Below are positions 58,000 to 64,000 of a stretch of DNA of 64,000 bases, piece by piece (position 1 is the first letter of the stretch; each line of letters starts with the position of its first letter). A program made the position numbers and the translations under genes. Below the pieces are notes generated by a model, which saw only the letters and a program-made list of their open reading frames with translations, ran no database searches and was not told the origin of the DNA. The DNA comes from Alloascoidea hylecoeti (Eukaryota), in assembly GCA_001600815.1 (NCBI GenBank), contig BCKZ01000016.1:113077-177076 (forward strand), read 5' to 3'.

Positions 58000-60020
58000 G
58001 ATGACTCTGAAATGTAATGTTCGAAAATTTGGCAGCCATACATACATAGCAGTCTTATACGTGTAGATATACGTAAATACGCGAGGCTCAAGTGAACTTA
58101 CCATTCCCAAGCAACTACATATGAAGCTTTATAAGTGCATCTGCTTCATATACTATACACCTAGTTATTTTATTTTATAACCTTATAATTAAAAATAATA
58201 AGATATAGAATACAGTTATATGATTATCAATGAGGAGAAAATCTACAAAATCCGTCTCAAGTATAATTCATCAATTTCAATAATCTTGAACCCTTACCCT
58301 GATATAGATTATGAGACATGAATCGTAAGACTATGTAACTAGATTTGTTGAAAGACAAAATTAAGAAGTCAGCCAGACAAACTTAAGATGCTAGGATGAC
58401 ATTCTAATAATAATAATAATAAAATCATTGTGATATATAACTTTAAGCAACAGGTTAAAATCAATTGGTATATATTTATATATACATTCGTTGTTCGAAA
58501 TTACAATTCAAGGCCATAATTTAAATTTTGCCTTCCGATCTATCTGTTTCTAATTTTGAATAATATTAAACATCCACCTAGATCTTGTTGAGATTGCAAT
58601 TGCTTTATAAGCGTTATAAAGATTCATTAATTATCGGATAGGGTAGTTTATCTACATAATAATGTTTGGCAAAAACATGGTTATAACAGATTAAAAATAA
58701 AAAAAAAATAGTTACGTTATAATTAACGATTTATTTATGGCTGATTTTATTAAATTATTTATCGAAAATTATGATCATTTTTATACGTCTTCATTAATAT
58801 TATTCAAAGATATATTAATGCAATATGACCTCGCATTCTTTATTAACCATGTATAGTAGTATACCGTATATAGATAAGGCCACCATTTAATGTTAATTTT
58901 GATCAAAGATTCAAAAGTCATTTACAGTACCTTTAAACTAACTGATGGATCTCACTATCGCGATCGGCTAATAGCATAATTGACCTCCAAACGGAATTAT
59001 AGGTTGTTCGAAATAGTCATTCCAAAATACAAGTCTGTTTATCAAAATGTTTTATTTAATTACTTGACCTTAATTTAAGCCTAAACAGGTGACAAAAAGT
59101 ACAAAGTGTAAAAGTTTTAATCTGTATATGAATATCAGTGTATTTGAAAATTAATGGTCTGAAAGCTTAAGCTTGTTTTATTTTATCACACAACAATAGC
59201 GTGTATAATAATTACAAATTTTGTAAAATCAAAATATTGCAATTGTGTAAAACACAGAAAAAATTATAGGAACATAAAATTTGTGGTGAAGTACAAAGTA
59301 GAATCGTAATGGGTGACTCTAATTAGTATATTAAATATAATGATTAACAATAGGAAATATTCAGAGCTAAACTTTGCAATTTGTTTTCCTGAATGTTGTA
59401 ATTGATTGGTACTTAACAATCCATTTTCGTTAATAATTAGAATTCTTTATATGAGGAAATCTTTTTGGTAAACTTAGTACTCAATATACATGAAAAATCA
59501 CTATTTCTACATGCTAATAATCATACTTGAGATGCACAATTATCTAGAATCAATTCATTGTATTAGTAGCGTAGTGGACTGTCACTGGAGTCTAAGTGAA
59601 CCCTGCAGTTAGAGGATCCTTAATTAGCCACCCTGTAACTAATACCGAAGGAGAAATATTACGAAGAGTACGCCGCTCAGTACGGTAGAAAACAGTTTCA
59701 CTCTGTCTTTTTATTGACTAAACTATATTTTCATTCATATATGAAGATATCTATAAGACAATTACAATAAGTGTTAAATAAATATGATTGCATAATTATA
59801 GACAAGACTTACAAGTAAACATGAAGCAATATGTAGTTAGTCAGCATTCCTCCAAAAGTTACTATAGGATAAACTAGCCATATGCATTGATGGGGTGTAG
59901 ACCTTCAGCACTTTTAGCGATTCTCTTGAAGATATAATCAAATATGTTATTTTGCTATTCATATTTTTTTTGAATGCTGTGGAATTCGATCATGAGATAA
60001 AAAATGACACAATAATGGAA

Positions 60021-63000
60021 TTAATTCCATCTAATATAATCTCTACCAACTGTTCTATAAATTTTAATAACACCACTTTCCATGCGGTTAACACGATATC
60101 TTGATTCCATTACTATTCCATCTGAGTTTTGTTCAAATGCCTTAAACCTATTTTTTGTACCATCCCAAAAGCTTATAATACCAAGATGAGGTTCTTTAAT
60201 TGAACCAATTTCTATTATGTTATTGAATTTATCTTTATCTTTTCCCGAATAAAACCTTCCATTTATGATTTTTACTATATCACCAGGTTTAACTTCACCA
60301 TACTGTGTAATAATTTTATTTGAATTTTGATAAACAGTTACACCAAAACTAATATTTCCGATTGGTTTGAGAGCACCGTGAATTTGTCCAATTATACCAC
60401 TAACAAGTGGCCCTTTGCCCACAGATTTTCCATCGTATTCAAGAGTGAGCTGTAATATATCTGGATTAAAGCTCTCTGCTAATGATTGTAACTCGTTCTT
60501 TGTCAAAGGATATGGCGGTTCTTTATGAGTCTGTTCTATATGTATTTTTTCAGGCTCATTATCAATAGAATTTTTATTATCAATCTCATAATGAAGACTT
60601 AATATTGTTTGTGAGTAATCAGCAAAAAGAATATAAATCTCTCTTTCAATTAATGTTTTCCCTCCTCTTTTATTAATCAGATTATTCTCACTTTCAAAAA
60701 TTAAATCTTTATTGTTACGATTTACAAGTGATGAAGGGAGCGTTGCATCTTGTTTCCACCAATCAGAAGCAGGATCAAGATCTATGTCAGTTGCCATTAT
60801 CTTTGAATGATCATATATCTTTGAAATTGAAGAGTCCAAATTAGGAGATCGCAAATCAATTGGCGAGGTCCCTCTATTAACTAACGTAATGGAACTAGCA
60901 AGATTACGAGGATGCAGTGATTCTAATGGTATGGCTGTTGGTGATGCCACATGATTTGCACTATTTTTGTAAGCTGGTGGTGATATAGCTGATGCTTCTT
61001 CGAGACGAGTTTCAATTGTTAGAGATTTTAATTCACCATCAATATCAAACTCAGAACTGTCATCATCACTAGCATTATAATATACAACATGTTGACTAGT
61101 ATTTAAAGGAGCATTTTCTGGAATTAATGTTTTGTGTTTAGGAAATACAAGTTTAGGAGGTAATGATGGTAAGTTGTCTTCACTAGTCACAGAACTTCCA
61201 ACAAGTGATATCTGAGTGTTCTGATGATATGCCACTGATTCACTTTTTTTAGGTGACAAATCTTGGTCTTCGTTTGATGTGTGATTAGAGATGGGTCTCA
61301 ACGTTTCTGCATACTCAGTTGATGACTCCTCTTGCTGATAATTCACTTCATTTCTTATATTTAAATTCTGTTCAGGGGATTGTTTTGTTATTTCTCTGTC
61401 TGTATTAGATGCAGTAGAAGGAAGATTGGGGATACCTGGCATTGACAATCCGATTTCATTTGAAAGTTTTATTATCCGCTGTTGTAAAGCAACTCTAATG
61501 GCCTCGTCTTCTGAGTCTTCTGAACATTCTTCTGAATCATTTTTGTAATCTATGGTATCTTGATCATTGTTAGTATCTAACGACATCCTAGTGAGATTAT
61601 CACCCAATAATTCTAGAGTATTATTATTCGTATAAGTGATTATTGGAGAAGTTGAGGCAACAGATGAATTGTCATCAAGTGCAACCTTGAGTTCATTTTC
61701 TTCATCAAGAAAGTGAACACTGCGATGCTGTGAAGCGCCATTATCACTAGTACCATATTGTTGGTCATTATTTCTGTCATTAGAGTAATAGTCATTATCA
61801 TCATATCTTTCTAATCGATTAGATGAAGGCTGACCAGACACTTTAGTTTGTCCATTAATCATATTTTCGGGTGCAGATACATCTTTTCTCCCATCGGAAT
61901 ACATCGAGTTTTGATAGTTTATGTCACTTGTTAAGGAGTCATTTCCAGAATATTCCATCATAGTATTAGTTTGGTTACTTTCATTTTTCTCTTCCTTCAT
62001 TTGATAACTTGGATCATTTACAGGTTTTGTAGATTTTAGATCTGAATACACGGTACTTTCGCTACCATCGTCAGTTGACTTAGATTTTAAAAAAATTGTG
62101 TTTTGTGGATCGTCTTTCAATTCAGCAGTCATATTCACTTGTAATATTGGTGCTGCCGTTGTATAAATGTCATCAGATGAATATTCATCCTCATAAACAT
62201 CATTTGAAAAGGTTCCTCCTTCCCCCATGGCCTTTAAAGATTCATAATCTAAAAACATACTAGTGCTCGGGTCCGATGGCTTGGTGGTATTTGGAACGTT
62301 AGTGGTAGTTGATTCATTTGACATAGTAAACGAATAGGGTGTGTCGTATGCTTCCGAAGAACCAGAATCCCAATGATTATTAGATACGATCTTATTTTCA
62401 TATGTTTCTTTTCCCCTTCCAGTTTTCAGTTGAGATTTGTCAGGGCTGCTAATTGTTAAAGATCCCCTATTGGATGCAGATTCGTCTATTGTCTCCGGAA
62501 TTGATAATGAAGATACAAAATCTTGATTTGATTCATTTTTTCTGTAATATTGTAGCTTTTGATTTATATCTATAATTTCTGTTACCGGTTTAGAGGGAGT
62601 GAGATCATAAGGCTTCGAATTTTGAGGAATGAATACTTCCTTATATGACTCTGAGCAATCCCAGTCGTGATCTGTTTCCGAGTTAGATGAAGTGTGTATG
62701 TGGTTCATGATGGGATTTTTAAATCCGTCAGCGGCGATTGCATTTATTCCGGTTGTATCATTAGAACTCGACTGTGGCGATGCGGAAGATGTATAGAACC
62801 TAGTAGATTGATTAGATTCGTTTAACACATGATCATCATCAATCCTCACAAAGCTTCTGGGAAACAATCCTGACAATATATTTCCATTTTTGTCCGTATA
62901 TTCACCATAATACCATTCGTCATCTTCAATGTTTGTTACTAAAATGATTTGATTTTCAGGAAATTCCAGATCATCCAGATCACCGGAGATATATTCAAAT

Positions 63001-63038
63001 AATGCTTTCACTCTGAAAGGAGGGTTTAGATTTGCCAT
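60021..63038 (-). CDS. BBC1: Bbc1/Mti1-like SH3 protein (myosin-tail interacting, actin patch)
   Basis: N-terminal SH3 PFRVKALFEY..DDLEF..EWYYGEY..GLFPRSFV; long low-complexity middle; Bbc1-type C-terminal domain (ILFADYSQT, FGVTVY, GDIV, MESGVIKIYRTVGRDY). Confidence 0.82.
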   Translation of the reverse strand: MANLNPPFRVKALFEYISGDLDDLEFPENQIILVTNIEDDEWYYGEYTDKNGNILSGLFPRSFVRIDDDHVLNESNQSTRFYTSSASPQSSSNDTTGINAIAADGFKNPIMNHIHTSSNSETDHDWDCSESYKEVFIPQNSKPYDLTPSKPVTEIIDINQKLQYYRKNESNQDFVSSLSIPETIDESASNRGSLTISSPDKSQLKTGRGKETYENKIVSNNHWDSGSSEAYDTPYSFTMSNESTTTNVPNTTKPSDPSTSMFLDYESLKAMGEGGTFSNDVYEDEYSSDDIYTTAAPILQVNMTAELKDDPQNTIFLKSKSTDDGSESTVYSDLKSTKPVNDPSYQMKEEKNESNQTNTMMEYSGNDSLTSDINYQNSMYSDGRKDVSAPENMINGQTKVSGQPSSNRLERYDDNDYYSNDRNNDQQYGTSDNGASQHRSVHFLDEENELKVALDDNSSVASTSPIITYTNNNTLELLGDNLTRMSLDTNNDQDTIDYKNDSEECSEDSEDEAIRVALQQRIIKLSNEIGLSMPGIPNLPSTASNTDREITKQSPEQNLNIRNEVNYQQEESSTEYAETLRPISNHTSNEDQDLSPKKSESVAYHQNTQISLVGSSVTSEDNLPSLPPKLVFPKHKTLIPENAPLNTSQHVVYYNASDDDSSEFDIDGELKSLTIETRLEEASAISPPAYKNSANHVASPTAIPLESLHPRNLASSITLVNRGTSPIDLRSPNLDSSISKIYDHSKIMATDIDLDPASDWWKQDATLPSSLVNRNNKDLIFESENNLINKRGGKTLIEREIYILFADYSQTILSLHYEIDNKNSIDNEPEKIHIEQTHKEPPYPLTKNELQSLAESFNPDILQLTLEYDGKSVGKGPLVSGIIGQIHGALKPIGNISFGVTVYQNSNKIITQYGEVKPGDIVKIINGRFYSGKDKDKFNNIIEIGSIKEPHLGIISFWDGTKNRFKAFEQNSDGIVMESRYRVNRMESGVIKIYRTVGRDYIRWN

Positions 63039-64000
63039 AATTGGAAGCACTAAGCAGTTGAATCATAGCTGTGGATGACAATGCAAAGAAGACTATATGG
63101 ATCTGGGTTTTTTTTAATACTTGTTACCCTCCAATCCTGCAGAAACAGGCATCTCTTCTATACGGCCATAACTACATCTAGTCTGTTTCATCTAGTGACC
63201 AACATCTACAGGAAGTTGTAATCAATAAACATATAGATTGTACTGCCTTAGACTATTTATGCCATCCCAAGTTATACCTGATAGCTGTATTTCATTTGAT
63301 AGTAAACTTCATTTGGTACCATAAAATATTCATGCTGCGCCTACAAGGAGGATTAGCCTAGCCAATGTGGTAGTCATGGACTAATGGCTGTGTAAACATG
63401 ACTAAAATATATATTAAGCTAATAATAGAATGGAATTTGATCGTAGAAAAGCTACCATCAACATTGTACTCACATTGTTTTTCTTGGTTTAACATGACAC
63501 ACATACGATTCAATATATCTAAGCTCAAGCTTTTTGAGAGGCTGATAGTACAGTATGTATAAGAAAGTTAGAAACTCTATCGTAGATGAAATTAATAAAT
63601 ATAACATTCTAATCAACAAAGTAGCGAGTTAGTCTCGTATAGATTTTGTGGTCAAATGAAAGTAGATATACCAGTATGCTTGATTCGCCAATAAATAGGA
63701 AATGGTTAGAATATATAGAGGAGATTTTCCCTTCTTAATGGTCAATCAATCTATTATTTAAGTCTTTAATTTTAGATAATATTAATATTATTGTTTTAAA
63801 ATTATTTCAATTATACTCTTCACTACAAATTATCATGTCTAATATAAGGTGAATAATTGCTTACAAATAGTATATTCATCAGAAATCAGCACCAGAGCTG
63901 GAAGAGCTCAAGGACCGTATGTTTGTTTCTTTAGACAGCACTCCGAAAAAGAAATTGCAATCAACCAAGTGGATTGAAATATGTTATCTGATAAAACATG

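Noticed and set aside
59567..59712. Pol III A-box-like TAGCGTAGTGG with a downstream T-run
   Set aside because: No B box and no cloverleaf or recognisable ncRNA.
63161..63205. 5S rRNA-like start (TACGGCCATAACTAC)
   Set aside because: Similarity is patchy and fades within ~45 nt; no internal control region or 3' end.
63835..64000. Possible gene start at the right edge
   Set aside because: No consistent ATG/intron model or recognisable motif within the window.

Overview
AT-rich fungal chromosome segment, most consistent with a budding yeast (Saccharomycotina) that is fairly intron-rich (13 introns resolved here, with relaxed branch sites), reads CTG as Leu and carries a respiratory complex I accessory subunit. 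About 26 protein genes are supported. Conserved genes: GET3, TIF34, a SERF-family gene, MRPS8, AIM36-like, SNU23, RPL9, an NDUFB11/ESSS subunit, FDO1-like, RPS16, RPP1, TEM1, a SUR7/Pun1-family gene, ASH1, SPE1, MMT1/2, NEW1, RPL7, GAP1 and BBC1. Accessory genes: an aspartic protease end, an SV2-like MFS transporter, a PA/Fn3 subtilisin, an orphan membrane protein, a GPI protein, an SDR and an endo-polygalacturonase. Two unstable zones (about 16.4-20.9 kb and 31.5-37.1 kb) hold DNA-transposon debris that the ORF track misses. The window contains four MITE-like inverted-repeat elements, four copies of an older TIR element, Tc1-like and hAT-like transposase relics, and a tandem duplication carrying a decayed repeat-protein gene. 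The most interesting signals are (1) an AIM36 orthologue that still looks like a degenerating UMP-CMP kinase, (2) Homol-D/Cbf1/Tbf1-type ribosomal-protein promoters and long-range hairpins in ribosomal-protein introns, and (3) the transposon graveyard around the SDR gene. I found no tRNA, rRNA or CRISPR feature and cannot support a wholly new multi-gene system. Gene names and S. cerevisiae comparisons come from recalled motifs, not database searches, and repeat boundaries were aligned by eye.
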